Positions 47,017 through 56,255 of a DNA stretch of 64,000 bases are shown here, in pieces; the first letter of the stretch is position 1; each line of letters starts with the position of its first letter. A model generated the notes under the pieces. It was not told the DNA's origin. It was given only the letters and a program-made list of their open reading frames with translations, and searched no databases. The stretch comes from Chloroflexota bacterium (GTDB lineage: Bacteria > Chloroflexota > Dehalococcoidia > Bin125), in NCBI GenBank assembly GCA_028874365.1, contig JAPPJZ010000061.1, forward strand, positions 2,352-66,351, read 5' to 3'. Both the position numbers and the translations under genes were made by a program.

Positions 47017-47868
47017 ATGACCGACTTCGGCGTATCGATGTTCCCGACCGATTATGCAGTTCAGCCACCGGAGCTGGCGCGGGAGGTAGAAGCTCGTGGC
47101 TTCGAGTCGCTGTGGTTCCCCGAGCACACGCACATCCCGACTTCGCGGATCTCTCCGTGGCCGGGCGGCGGAGACCTGCCGCAGGAGTACTGGCACACGC
47201 ACGACCCGTTCGTCTCGCTGATGGCGGCGGCGGCGGCCACCGAGACGCTCAAAGTCGGCACAGGCATCCTGCTCGTTCCCGAGCATGACGTGATCGTGGC
47301 GGCCAAGTCCGCCGCCTCGCTCGACATGATCTCCGGCGGCCGCCTGATCCTCGGAATCGGCGCGGGCTGGAACGCTGAGGAGCTGGAGAACCACGGCTGG
47401 AACTTCAAGGACCGCTGGAAGGTCACCCGCGAAATTGTGCTCGCCTGGCGCGAACTCTGGACCCAGGAAGAGCCTGAGTTCCACGGCGAGTTCATCGACT
47501 TCGATCCGGTCTGGAGCTATCCCAAGCCGGTCCAGGAAAACGGCCCCGACATTCTGCTCGGGGCGCAGTCCAAGTGGGCCTTCGACCGCGTCGTCGACTA
47601 CTGCGACGGCTGGCTGCCCATCGCGTTGCGCGGCGACATGCGAGCCGACATGGAACAGCTGAGGGCCGCGGCCGACCGTGCCGACCGTGACTTCGACACC
47701 ATCAACCGAACCGTCTTCGGGGTCGGACCGGACCCAAAGCAGGTCCAGGACCTGATCGACATCGGCTTCCAGCGAATCATCTTCGGTCTGCCGCCGGCCG
47801 ATGCCGGCACCGTGTTCCCGCTGCTCGACCGCTACGCAGAGGTCAAGGCGGAGTTCAACGGCGGCTAG
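47017..47868 (+). CDS. LLM-class F420-dependent oxidoreductase (TIGR03619-like)
   Basis: MTDFGVSMFPTDYAVQPPELAREVEARGFESLWFPEHTHIP..., GGRLILGIGAGWN; 283 aa. Confidence 0.8.
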   Translation: MTDFGVSMFPTDYAVQPPELAREVEARGFESLWFPEHTHIPTSRISPWPGGGDLPQEYWHTHDPFVSLMAAAAATETLKVGTGILLVPEHDVIVAAKSAASLDMISGGRLILGIGAGWNAEELENHGWNFKDRWKVTREIVLAWRELWTQEEPEFHGEFIDFDPVWSYPKPVQENGPDILLGAQSKWAFDRVVDYCDGWLPIALRGDMRADMEQLRAAADRADRDFDTINRTVFGVGPDPKQVQDLIDIGFQRIIFGLPPADAGTVFPLLDRYAEVKAEFNGG

Positions 47869-47893
47869 CTCCGAAGGGCAAACGGCAGGCCAC

Positions 47894-48676
47894 GTGAGCG
47901 ACGAGGATCCAGTCCAGCGACTGACGCGCGCCCGCCTGCGCCAACTGCAGAAGCTCAAGACCGCTCGCGAGCGGCGCGAGCAGGGACAGTTCCTGATCGA
48001 GGGCGAGAAGCTCGTTCACGATGCGATTGCCGCGGAAGCGTCAATCATTGAGTTGCTGACGACGTCTCCAGATCGATGGAGCCAGGCCGACGTTCCGGTG
48101 ACGAAACTCAGTCGAGCGGACGCCGAGCGTCTCTCGGACACACGAACGCCGCAGGGTCACTTTGCGCTCGTTCGCAACGAACTGGGCTCGCCCGGCGCCC
48201 CATCGGGAGCGCAATGGCAGGTCGTGGTGCTCGACGCCGTCCAGGACGCCGGCAATGTAGGCGGGATCATTCGCTCGGCAGCAGCGTTCGAGATCGACCT
48301 GGTCCTGATTGGTCCAGGCACCGCCGATCCGACGCACCCGCGGGTCACGCGGGCAGCGACCGGAGCGTGGTTTCAAGTGCGAATCGCCCGTTCCTCGAAC
48401 CTGGCTGACGACGTCGACACGCTGCGCCGGGGCGGAGCGACGGTGCTGGCAGCGGACAGCTCGGGTGGAAAGCTTGATTCCTGCTCGATCCCGGCGAAGG
48501 TGGCATGGATCGTTGGCAATGAGGGCTCTGGGGTCAGCGCTGACCTTGATCCGCTGGTCGACGCACGGGTCGCGGTACCGATTGCCGAGGGTGTCGATTC
48601 GCTCAACGTCAATGTCGCCGCTGGCATCATCCTTCATCATGCATATGAGAGAGTTCACGAGAGGAGCGCGACGTGA
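47894..48676 (+). CDS. TrmH/SpoU-family RNA 2'-O-methyltransferase
   Basis: SPOUT motifs LVRNELGSPGAP...VVLDAVQDAGNVGGIIRSAAAF, IVGNEGSGVS, SLNVNVAAGIILH. GTG 47894 chosen to avoid overlap with the upstream gene; the ORF track starts at 47801. Confidence 0.7.
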   Translation: MSDEDPVQRLTRARLRQLQKLKTARERREQGQFLIEGEKLVHDAIAAEASIIELLTTSPDRWSQADVPVTKLSRADAERLSDTRTPQGHFALVRNELGSPGAPSGAQWQVVVLDAVQDAGNVGGIIRSAAAFEIDLVLIGPGTADPTHPRVTRAATGAWFQVRIARSSNLADDVDTLRRGGATVLAADSSGGKLDSCSIPAKVAWIVGNEGSGVSADLDPLVDARVAVPIAEGVDSLNVNVAAGIILHHAYERVHERSAT

Positions 48677-49449
48677 AAATCACGACCTGGAACGTGAACT
48701 CGATCCGGGCGCGCGAAGACCGCGTGCTCAACTGGCTTGACCAGCACCAGCCCGACGTGCTCTGTCTTCAGGAGCTCAAGTGCACCGAGGAGCAGTTTCC
48801 GTTCGACGGATTCGACGCGCTCGGCTACAACGTCGTGTTGTATGGCCAGAAGTCGTACAACGGCGTAGCGATCGTCTCGCTCGATTACCCGGATTGGGTC
48901 GAGGAAGCAGTGCCGTGGCCCGAGGACGAGCAATCGCGCGGTATCGCGGCCGAGGTCAACGGCGTGCGCGTCGTCAGTCTCTACTGCCCCAACGGCCGCG
49001 AGGTCGGTCACGAGATGTATCAGTACAAGCTGGAGTGGTTCGACCGCCTGCGATCATGGCTCGACGGACAGGATCAGTCCGGCGATCTCGTGTTGACCGG
49101 CGACTACAACATCACCTTTGACGATCGCGACGTGAACGATCCGGAATTCTGGCACGAGCGGATACTGTGTTCGACGCCCGAGCGGGATCGGCTCAATGCT
49201 CTCGTTGACTGGGGCCTGACGGACGCGCTGCGCCTATTCGACGAATCGGCTGGTGTGTACACCTGGTGGGACTATCGCACCGGCGGAGTGCAGCAGGACA
49301 AGGGATTGCGCATCGACCACCACTTGATCAGCGAACCATTGGTCGAACGTGCGGTGGCGGTCGAGATCGATGTCGAGGAGCGTCAGATGGAGGGCGACGG
49401 CGACAAACCGTCCGATCACGCGCCGGTCACACTTGTGCTAGAGGACTAG
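48673..49449 (+). CDS. xth: Exodeoxyribonuclease III
   Basis: MKITTWNVNSIRAREDRVLNWL...DVLCLQELK, C-terminal DHAPV; GTGA overlap with the upstream stop. Confidence 0.9.
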   Translation: MKITTWNVNSIRAREDRVLNWLDQHQPDVLCLQELKCTEEQFPFDGFDALGYNVVLYGQKSYNGVAIVSLDYPDWVEEAVPWPEDEQSRGIAAEVNGVRVVSLYCPNGREVGHEMYQYKLEWFDRLRSWLDGQDQSGDLVLTGDYNITFDDRDVNDPEFWHERILCSTPERDRLNALVDWGLTDALRLFDESAGVYTWWDYRTGGVQQDKGLRIDHHLISEPLVERAVAVEIDVEERQMEGDGDKPSDHAPVTLVLED

Positions 49450-50842
49450 CGTCGTTGAGACCTGCCTCTTCCAACACGGCCGCGCAGCGGATGACCGTGG
49501 CGTCGTTACCCTCGCGGGCCACGAGCTGTACCGACACGGGAAGGCCGTCAGCGTCCAGGCCGGCCGGCATTGCGATCGCCGGGGCCTGAATCAGGTTGGC
49601 CAGCGGCGTGTAGAGAATCGAGATCGTCCAGGGCGTGACGGACTTGCCCGCAATCTCGTCGATCACCGCGCCGTGTTGGTGGGCCGCGATGGCGCTGGTC
49701 GGAGTCAGCAGCACGTCGAAGTTGTCGAACCACGCGTCCATCGCTCGACTGAGCCGATCGAGCGCCGCATAGGCTTCGGCGACGCGGACGCCGGTCAATG
49801 AGCGTCCCCGTTTCAAACTGCCGAGCGTGTAGTCATTCAGCTCCTCTTCGCGGCCCACGCACATCTCGCCGTAGTTGGCTGCCGCTCCAACGGCAGAGAG
49901 CGTCGGAAAGATCTCATTCGGATCCGAGATCGGCGGTGACGCGGCAGACACTGAAGCGCCGGCTTCGCGCAGCATCGCTGCCGCCACCTCGACACGGCTC
50001 GCGATCAGCGGTTCACACGGCGTCGGCCAGCCCAGCTCGGTCGTGAGTCCGACCTGCAGTCCTTCGAGGCTCCCTGGTCTCGAGACCTCGCTCAACCGGC
50101 CGCTGGCCGCACGAGAGGCCACCGGGTCATCCGGGTGCGGTCCTGCCATCACATCGTGCATCAGCGCGATATCGCCAACTGTTCGCGCCAAGACGCCGTC
50201 GGTGGAAATCTGTGACATGCCCGCGCCGCGGGTTCGGCGTGGAATCCTCCGACCGCTCGGCTTGAATCCGATCACGCCGCAATAGGCGGCGGGCACTCGG
50301 GCTGAGCCGCCACCGTCGGTGCCGTGATGCAGCGGTCCGAAGCCGGCCGCGCACGCCGCTGCGGCTCCGCCGCTCGAACCGCCGGCGGTCCGCTCGAGGT
50401 TCCACGGATTCGCCGTCGGTGGGCCCAACCGATTCGTGGTCTGCGCCGCCAGCCCAAACTCGGACGTATTGGTCTTGCCGAGGAAGAGGGCGCCTGCGTC
50501 CCTCAGCCGTTCGACAAACAACTCGTCGCGCTGTGCCGGCTGGTGGTCAGCGACCAGCGATCCCATCGTTGTTGGAACGCGCTGAACGTCGACAAGATCC
50601 TTGATGGTGATCGGAATGCCAAGCAGAGGCGGTTGGTTCCCATCTCGCAAGCTCCACTGTCGAGCGGCAGCGTGTGCCTGCACGAGCGCAGCATCCCGGG
50701 TCTGACTGATGAACGCATTCAGCGATAGCTCAAGCGCTTCGATGCGCTCGAAGATCGCCTCGACGACCTCCTCCGGCGTAAAGGTTCGAGCCTCGTACCC
50801 GGCTCGCAGCTCTCGGGCCGAGAGTTCGTGAATCTCGGCCAT
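49427..50842 (-). CDS. Amidase (amidase-signature family)
   Basis: Ser-cis-Ser-Lys context GGSSGGAAAACAAGFGPLHHGTDGGGSARVPAAYCG; 471 aa. Confidence 0.85.
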   Translation of the reverse strand: MAEIHELSARELRAGYEARTFTPEEVVEAIFERIEALELSLNAFISQTRDAALVQAHAAARQWSLRDGNQPPLLGIPITIKDLVDVQRVPTTMGSLVADHQPAQRDELFVERLRDAGALFLGKTNTSEFGLAAQTTNRLGPPTANPWNLERTAGGSSGGAAAACAAGFGPLHHGTDGGGSARVPAAYCGVIGFKPSGRRIPRRTRGAGMSQISTDGVLARTVGDIALMHDVMAGPHPDDPVASRAASGRLSEVSRPGSLEGLQVGLTTELGWPTPCEPLIASRVEVAAAMLREAGASVSAASPPISDPNEIFPTLSAVGAAANYGEMCVGREEELNDYTLGSLKRGRSLTGVRVAEAYAALDRLSRAMDAWFDNFDVLLTPTSAIAAHQHGAVIDEIAGKSVTPWTISILYTPLANLIQAPAIAMPAGLDADGLPVSVQLVAREGNDATVIRCAAVLEEAGLNDASPLAQV

Positions 50843-52813
50843 CTACAGGTTCTCGATCTGAACCGGCTCGATATCTCCGGCCGGCGTGAACCCGAAGATG
50901 CGGCCGTAGAAGTCGAGCTCCGCCTCGGCTGCGCGCTGGATGTTGGCGGCCTGCCTGAATCCGTGCTGTTCGCCTTCGAACGCGATATAGGCGACCGGCA
51001 GACCCTTCCTGCGCAGCGCGTCGACCATTCGCTCGGCCTGGTTCGGCGGCACGATCTTGTCCTCCAGTCCCTGGAGGAAGATGATCGGGCAAGAGAGGCG
51101 GTCAACCGCGTGAATCGGAGACCGCTGCTCGTAGAGTTCTGCACGTTCGGGATAGGGGCCAATCAACGAGTCGAGGTATCGAGACTCGAACTTGTGAGTG
51201 TCTTCCGCGAGCGCCGCGACGTCGGAGACTCCGTAGTAGGACGCGCCCGCGGTGAACACATCGCCGAAGGTGAGCGCGCCCAGCGTCGTGTAGCCACCGG
51301 CTGAGCCGCCCCGAATCGCCAATCGCGACGGGTCGACATCGCCGCGCTCGACCAGAAACTTCGCAGCAGCCTCGCAATCTTCGCGATCAACGATGCCCCA
51401 ACGGCCGTTCAAGGCTCGACGGTACTCGGTCCCGTATCCGGTCGAGCCTCGGTAGTCGACATCAACGACGGCAAAGCCCCGCGTAGTCCAGTACTGGATC
51501 GCCAGGTTGAAGCCGGGACTCGTGGCGCTGGTCGGGCCGCCGTGGATGAAGGTGACCAGCGGCGGGAGTTCTCCGTCCGGCGCCCTGAAGTCCGGATTGC
51601 GCGGCGCGTAGTAGTAGGCGTGGGAGGACTTGCCGCCCGTGGTTGGATAGTCGATGGCCTCGGCGCTGGAGAAGTAGTTGGAATCGATATCAGGCGAAGC
51701 CGAGGCGCGAAGTGTCTCGATCTCGCCGTTGTCAACGTTGATCGCGACGATCGCTGCGCCAATGTCCGGCCCGGCCGCCGCGCAGATGACACGCGGTCCG
51801 CACGCCGCCGTGAAGTAGCCGAAGGTGTTGAACGGCGTCTGCAGTTCTCTCAGCACGCCCTCGTCCATGTCGATCACGCCAATCCGCCGCCCATCGGCGT
51901 TGCCGTACTGCGCGACGAGGCAGCAGTCGTCCATCACCGCGTAGGTCGACATCGAGAACTCCCACTGCGGCTGACCGAACTCGGCCTCCAACGGGAGCAC
52001 GGGCACGAGTTGGCTGCCGTCCCAACGCTGGATGTTCCACCAGCCCGACTCGTCGGAAACGCAGTACAGCGTGCCGTCCGGGCCCCACTGGGGTTCGATG
52101 ATTGAGACATCGCCTCGCGCGTCTCCCGCGATTCTTCTCGGCGCCAGCAGGGCGCCGTTCGTCGCGACCTCTGCGAGCCACAGCTCCGTAGCGTCCCAGG
52201 GCATGTTGGGATGGTTCCAACAGATCCAGGCCAGTCGGCGACCGTCCGTGCTCAGTCGGGGCGACGAGCAGAAATCGAAGCCCTCGTGTAGCCGTACGAT
52301 GTCGTCGGCCTCAGCGGCGCTACCGTCGGTGGGGATCGACGCCAGGTAGTTCTCAGCCTCCAGGCCCTCGCGGCGGTGGTCCTCCGCGACGCAGATCAGG
52401 CGTCCGCGCGCGTCGTCAACGGCGGCGTCGGCGTAGCGCACTGGAAGCTCGGGCGTCAATGGCGTCGGTTCCTCCGATCCGTCCACCGGACGCCGGTACA
52501 GGCGCTGGTCAGCAAAGTTGGAGAAGTAACCCACACCGTTTGAAACGGCGAACGAGCCGCCGCCGTACTCGTGAACCAAGGTCCTGGCGCTGTAATCCGT
52601 TGTTGTGACTTCGCTCAGTTCGCCCGACGCGGAGTAGCGCATGGCCGCGTATCGGCCATGCTCGTCCGGGCGCGACTCCACCCAGTAGAGGTCGTCACCG
52701 TCAACGTCGAGCTCGTCGAAGCGCAACGCTCCGGCGGTCAGCAACTCTGTTGCGACCGGCGACTCCCATGAGCCGTATGGCGCGATACGCGGCTCGGTCG
52801 AATCTTGACTCAT
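50843..52813 (-). CDS. S9-family serine peptidase (acylaminoacyl-peptidase/prolyl oligopeptidase-like) with N-terminal beta-propeller
   Basis: C-terminal alpha/beta hydrolase region TFIHGGPTSATSPGFNLAIQYWTTRGFAVVDVDYRGSTGYG and nucleophile elbow GGSAGGYTT; 656 aa. Confidence 0.85.
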   Translation of the reverse strand: MSQDSTEPRIAPYGSWESPVATELLTAGALRFDELDVDGDDLYWVESRPDEHGRYAAMRYSASGELSEVTTTDYSARTLVHEYGGGSFAVSNGVGYFSNFADQRLYRRPVDGSEEPTPLTPELPVRYADAAVDDARGRLICVAEDHRREGLEAENYLASIPTDGSAAEADDIVRLHEGFDFCSSPRLSTDGRRLAWICWNHPNMPWDATELWLAEVATNGALLAPRRIAGDARGDVSIIEPQWGPDGTLYCVSDESGWWNIQRWDGSQLVPVLPLEAEFGQPQWEFSMSTYAVMDDCCLVAQYGNADGRRIGVIDMDEGVLRELQTPFNTFGYFTAACGPRVICAAAGPDIGAAIVAINVDNGEIETLRASASPDIDSNYFSSAEAIDYPTTGGKSSHAYYYAPRNPDFRAPDGELPPLVTFIHGGPTSATSPGFNLAIQYWTTRGFAVVDVDYRGSTGYGTEYRRALNGRWGIVDREDCEAAAKFLVERGDVDPSRLAIRGGSAGGYTTLGALTFGDVFTAGASYYGVSDVAALAEDTHKFESRYLDSLIGPYPERAELYEQRSPIHAVDRLSCPIIFLQGLEDKIVPPNQAERMVDALRRKGLPVAYIAFEGEQHGFRQAANIQRAAEAELDFYGRIFGFTPAGDIEPVQIENL

Positions 52814-52903
52814 CGTTGCCCCTCACTCGCTGCAAACCTGCAATCATCGTATGCGAGCGTCAAGATCCGGGCTTCCGCCAGGGCGGACAACGGAGGAACA
52901 GCG

Positions 52904-55786
52904 TTGGCCGAACACACTCGACCATCGGCGCGCACCACGATTGAAGCGGCTCAACGAGCCAGCAGTGACCGACGTCTGGTCGATGCCCCGCTGGCTGCAG
53001 ACGTGCGCTTGCTGAGCAGCCAACTGGGGAACACGATTCGCCGGGTTGACGGTGACGAAGTCTTCAACGCCGTCGAGGAACTGAGAGGCCTAGCCCAACG
53101 GCGTCGCGGCGTACGGCAGGAGCCCGAACCCCAGCTCACGGCTGAGATCGCCAAGCTGGTGAAAAGCTGGCCGCTGTGGTTGGCTGCCGAGGTCGGCAAT
53201 GCCTTCCTGACCTACTTCCTGCTCACGAACACGGCAGAAGAGACTCACCGCATTCGGCGTCGACGGCTGCGATCTTCAAACTCGCACGCGGCGCCTCGAT
53301 CGATACCAGCGGTCGTGGAGCAGCTACTTTCGCAAGGCGTCAACGAGGAGACCATTCGCGCCCAGGCATCGGGCATACACCTGCAACCGGTCTTCACCGC
53401 CCATCCGACCGAATCCCAGCGACTCACTATGCTTGGCACGCTGCAAGACGTGCATCAGCTGCTGCTGGAGCGTGAACGGGCGATTCCCTCGGAGTTGGAT
53501 GAGATCGATTCAGCCCTGCGCATGCACATTGAGGGGCTCTGGCAGGCGGATCACCTGCGCTACCGGAGGCCGACCGTGCTCGAAGAGTCACGCCTGTTGC
53601 TGCGGACGTTCGAGACCACGCTCTGGGAGGCCGTCCCTGATGTCACCCGTCGCTTCCGCCGAGCCACCGGCGTGCAACCCGAGGACGCACCGGCGCCGAT
53701 CGTGCTTGGTTCGTGGATGGGCGGTGACGCCGACGGCAATCCCAACGTCACGCCGGATTTGACCTGGCAGACCGCACTGACGATGCGGGCAACAGTGCTG
53801 CGATTGCACCTGGGCGCGGTTCGCGCCATGGATTCGATGCTGCCCCACTCCGTACGGCGAGTCGCGGCCTCTTCCCGGCTGGAAGATTCATTGCAACGCG
53901 ACGCCAGGCGGATGCCGCGCGTGCATGACCGTCTCGAGCGCCGCAACGCGGCGGAGCGCTATCGACACAAGATCCGTTACATGGCGGCTCGTCTGCAGGC
54001 GACGCTCGAGGCCGACTATGCGCTGCTCGATACGCGCGCGGCAAGCATCCACGACTCGAGATTGACCACGACGGAGCCGGACGGCGTACCGTACGACTCG
54101 GTCGGCGATTATATCGATGACCTGGACGCGATCGCTGAGAGCCTGCGACTGCACGGCGCAGACTCCGGGGCCGAGACGGTCGTGCAGCCGCTGATCGATC
54201 GGGCGAAGTCATTCGGGTTCCACCTCGCAACGCTCGACATCCGCGACCACGCCGCGCAGTTCCACGCCGCGGCCGATGAGGTGCTGAAGGGGCTCGACAT
54301 TCAGCCGCCCGGCGGCAGCTACCTGGAGCTGAGTCCGGACCAGCAGGAGGAGTTTCTCGCTAGTGAGCTCGATCGGGACTACTTCCCGGTCGGTCACGCG
54401 ATATCGACACACGACGACGACACGCTGCGCCGGTTCCGCACGGCGCGACGCATTCAGCGCATCTGCGGCGCGGACGCCGTCCAGACCTGCATCGTCTCGA
54501 TGGCCTCGACGGCGGCCGACGTCCTCGCGCCGGTGCTGGTCGCCAGACAGGCAGGCCTCAACGACATCGGGCTTCGCGCGCCCGGAGGCGGCATACGTAT
54601 CGCGCCGCTGTTCGAGCGTGTCGCCGACCTCGATCGAGCACCAGCTGTGCTGCGCTCACTGTTCGGACACGGCGCCTATCGACGCCACCTGAAGGCGCAC
54701 GGCGACCTGCAGGAGGTGATGGTCGGGTATTCGGACTCGGCCAAGGACGCCGGTGTGTTGCCCTCGCTCTGGGGCCTGTATCGCGCCCAGGACGCCATGC
54801 ACGAAGTAGCCCGCGAGGCGGGCGTTGACTTGATGTTCTTCCACGGTCGAGGCGGGACGGTCAGCCGCGGCGGTGGACCGTCGCACGACGCGATTCTCGC
54901 GCTGCCCCCGCACACGACAGAAGGCGGAATCAAGTTCACCGAACAGGGCGAGATGATCCAGTTCACCTACGGCATGCCGGGATTGGCGAAGTGGAACCTG
55001 GAGCAGACGGTAGCGGCAACGTTGGTGAAACGGTTCGACCGCGACCACGATGACGCACCCGACGCCGACAGGGGACGCTACCACGAAGCGATGGAGGAAC
55101 TGGCCGAGACGGCCGAGCGAGCGTACCGGTCGGAAGTCGTGGACAATCCGGACCTTCACGCGTACTTCCAGCGCGTGACGCCGATCGGCATGCTGGGCAA
55201 TCTGGCGATCGGCTCGCGTCCGACGTTCCGTCCCGGTACGGACGCCAGCCTGACATCGCTGCGAGCGATTCCCTGGGTATTCGCATGGATGCAGACGCGG
55301 CACGTGATTACGGGCTGGTTGGGTGTGGGCGCCGCGCTCGAGCAGTTCGTCGAGCGTCATGGCGCATCGGGAGAGGCGCTGTTGAAGGACATGCGCTCGC
55401 GCTGGCCATTCTTCACCACGCTGCTCTCGAATGTGGAGATGGTCCTGGCCAAGGCCGACTTCGATGTCGCCGAGCACTATGCCGCCACGCTCGGAGACGG
55501 GGACCACGATTTGCGCACGTTCCGAGGTCTGCGCGATGAGTACCAGCGCACGGTCAGAATGATCAACCGGCTAGCGGAGCAGGACCGGCTGCTGGACAAG
55601 TCGCCGGTGCTGCAACGCTCTATCGCCCTGCGTAACCCCTACGTCGACGCGTTGAGTTTCCTGCAGGTCGAACTGCTGAACCGCATCCGCGATCTGCCAG
55701 AGGACGATCCGGAGTACTCGGAGACGCTGGAGGCGATCCTGCGCAGCGTCAACGGGGTCGCAGCGGGATTGCGCAACACCGGCTAG
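52904..55786 (+). CDS. ppc: Phosphoenolpyruvate carboxylase
   Basis: VFTAHPTE, GSWMGGDADGNPNVT, FHGRGGTVSRGGGP and the C-terminal ...NTG. TTG 52904 chosen (GGAGGA 5 nt upstream; no in-frame ATG for >100 codons); the ORF track starts at 52805 and would overlap the divergent peptidase. Confidence 0.9.
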   Translation: MAEHTRPSARTTIEAAQRASSDRRLVDAPLAADVRLLSSQLGNTIRRVDGDEVFNAVEELRGLAQRRRGVRQEPEPQLTAEIAKLVKSWPLWLAAEVGNAFLTYFLLTNTAEETHRIRRRRLRSSNSHAAPRSIPAVVEQLLSQGVNEETIRAQASGIHLQPVFTAHPTESQRLTMLGTLQDVHQLLLERERAIPSELDEIDSALRMHIEGLWQADHLRYRRPTVLEESRLLLRTFETTLWEAVPDVTRRFRRATGVQPEDAPAPIVLGSWMGGDADGNPNVTPDLTWQTALTMRATVLRLHLGAVRAMDSMLPHSVRRVAASSRLEDSLQRDARRMPRVHDRLERRNAAERYRHKIRYMAARLQATLEADYALLDTRAASIHDSRLTTTEPDGVPYDSVGDYIDDLDAIAESLRLHGADSGAETVVQPLIDRAKSFGFHLATLDIRDHAAQFHAAADEVLKGLDIQPPGGSYLELSPDQQEEFLASELDRDYFPVGHAISTHDDDTLRRFRTARRIQRICGADAVQTCIVSMASTAADVLAPVLVARQAGLNDIGLRAPGGGIRIAPLFERVADLDRAPAVLRSLFGHGAYRRHLKAHGDLQEVMVGYSDSAKDAGVLPSLWGLYRAQDAMHEVAREAGVDLMFFHGRGGTVSRGGGPSHDAILALPPHTTEGGIKFTEQGEMIQFTYGMPGLAKWNLEQTVAATLVKRFDRDHDDAPDADRGRYHEAMEELAETAERAYRSEVVDNPDLHAYFQRVTPIGMLGNLAIGSRPTFRPGTDASLTSLRAIPWVFAWMQTRHVITGWLGVGAALEQFVERHGASGEALLKDMRSRWPFFTTLLSNVEMVLAKADFDVAEHYAATLGDGDHDLRTFRGLRDEYQRTVRMINRLAEQDRLLDKSPVLQRSIALRNPYVDALSFLQVELLNRIRDLPEDDPEYSETLEAILRSVNGVAAGLRNTG

Positions 55787-55796
55787 GCGCCGGGCT

Positions 55797-56255
55797 CTAG
55801 TCGACGACTTCCCAGTGGACGAGGGTGAACGGGTCGATCTCGTCGTTTCCCTCGTGGTCCTCGAAATAGGGCCGAACTTTGGCGCCGATCTCGACCGTCT
55901 GCATCGGGTCGCCGACGAGATTGCCGACCATGCGCACGTTCTCGTGATTGGGCAGCTCGACCAGCACAACCAGGTACGGACAAGAATCTTGCAACGCCGG
56001 ATGCACCGGATGCCAGACGCGCTCCCACGAGTAGATGCGTCCGTTGCCCTCGACCGACTTCCAGCCGAGGTCGAACGAGTGGCAACGGTGGCAATTCCAC
56101 TCGGGACCGAACTGCGGCCGATCGCAGGTGTTGCAGTTCTGGACAAGCAACTCGTGCCGCTTGACCGCTTCCCAGTACTCGGTGTCGAGGCCATCAATCG
56201 CCGGAGCGGGCGCGGGCATGCCCTCGCCCAGGTAGTAGGGTCCGGGATTCGCCAT
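55797..56255 (-). CDS. DUF35-family protein (Zn-ribbon + OB-fold; partner of SCP-x thiolases)
   Basis: CxxC...CxxC ribbon (CNTCDRPQFGPEWNCHRCHS) then OB-fold. ATG 56255 overlaps the thiolase TAA (TAATG). Confidence 0.75.
   Translation of the reverse strand: MANPGPYYLGEGMPAPAPAIDGLDTEYWEAVKRHELLVQNCNTCDRPQFGPEWNCHRCHSFDLGWKSVEGNGRIYSWERVWHPVHPALQDSCPYLVVLVELPNHENVRMVGNLVGDPMQTVEIGAKVRPYFEDHEGNDEIDPFTLVHWEVVD

Noticed and set aside
49427-49449. 23-nt overlap between convergent xth and amidase stops as a sign of mis-annotation or frameshift
   Set aside because: Both genes have full-length homology to their families right up to their stops. Convergent 3' overlaps of this size are common in compact high-GC genomes.
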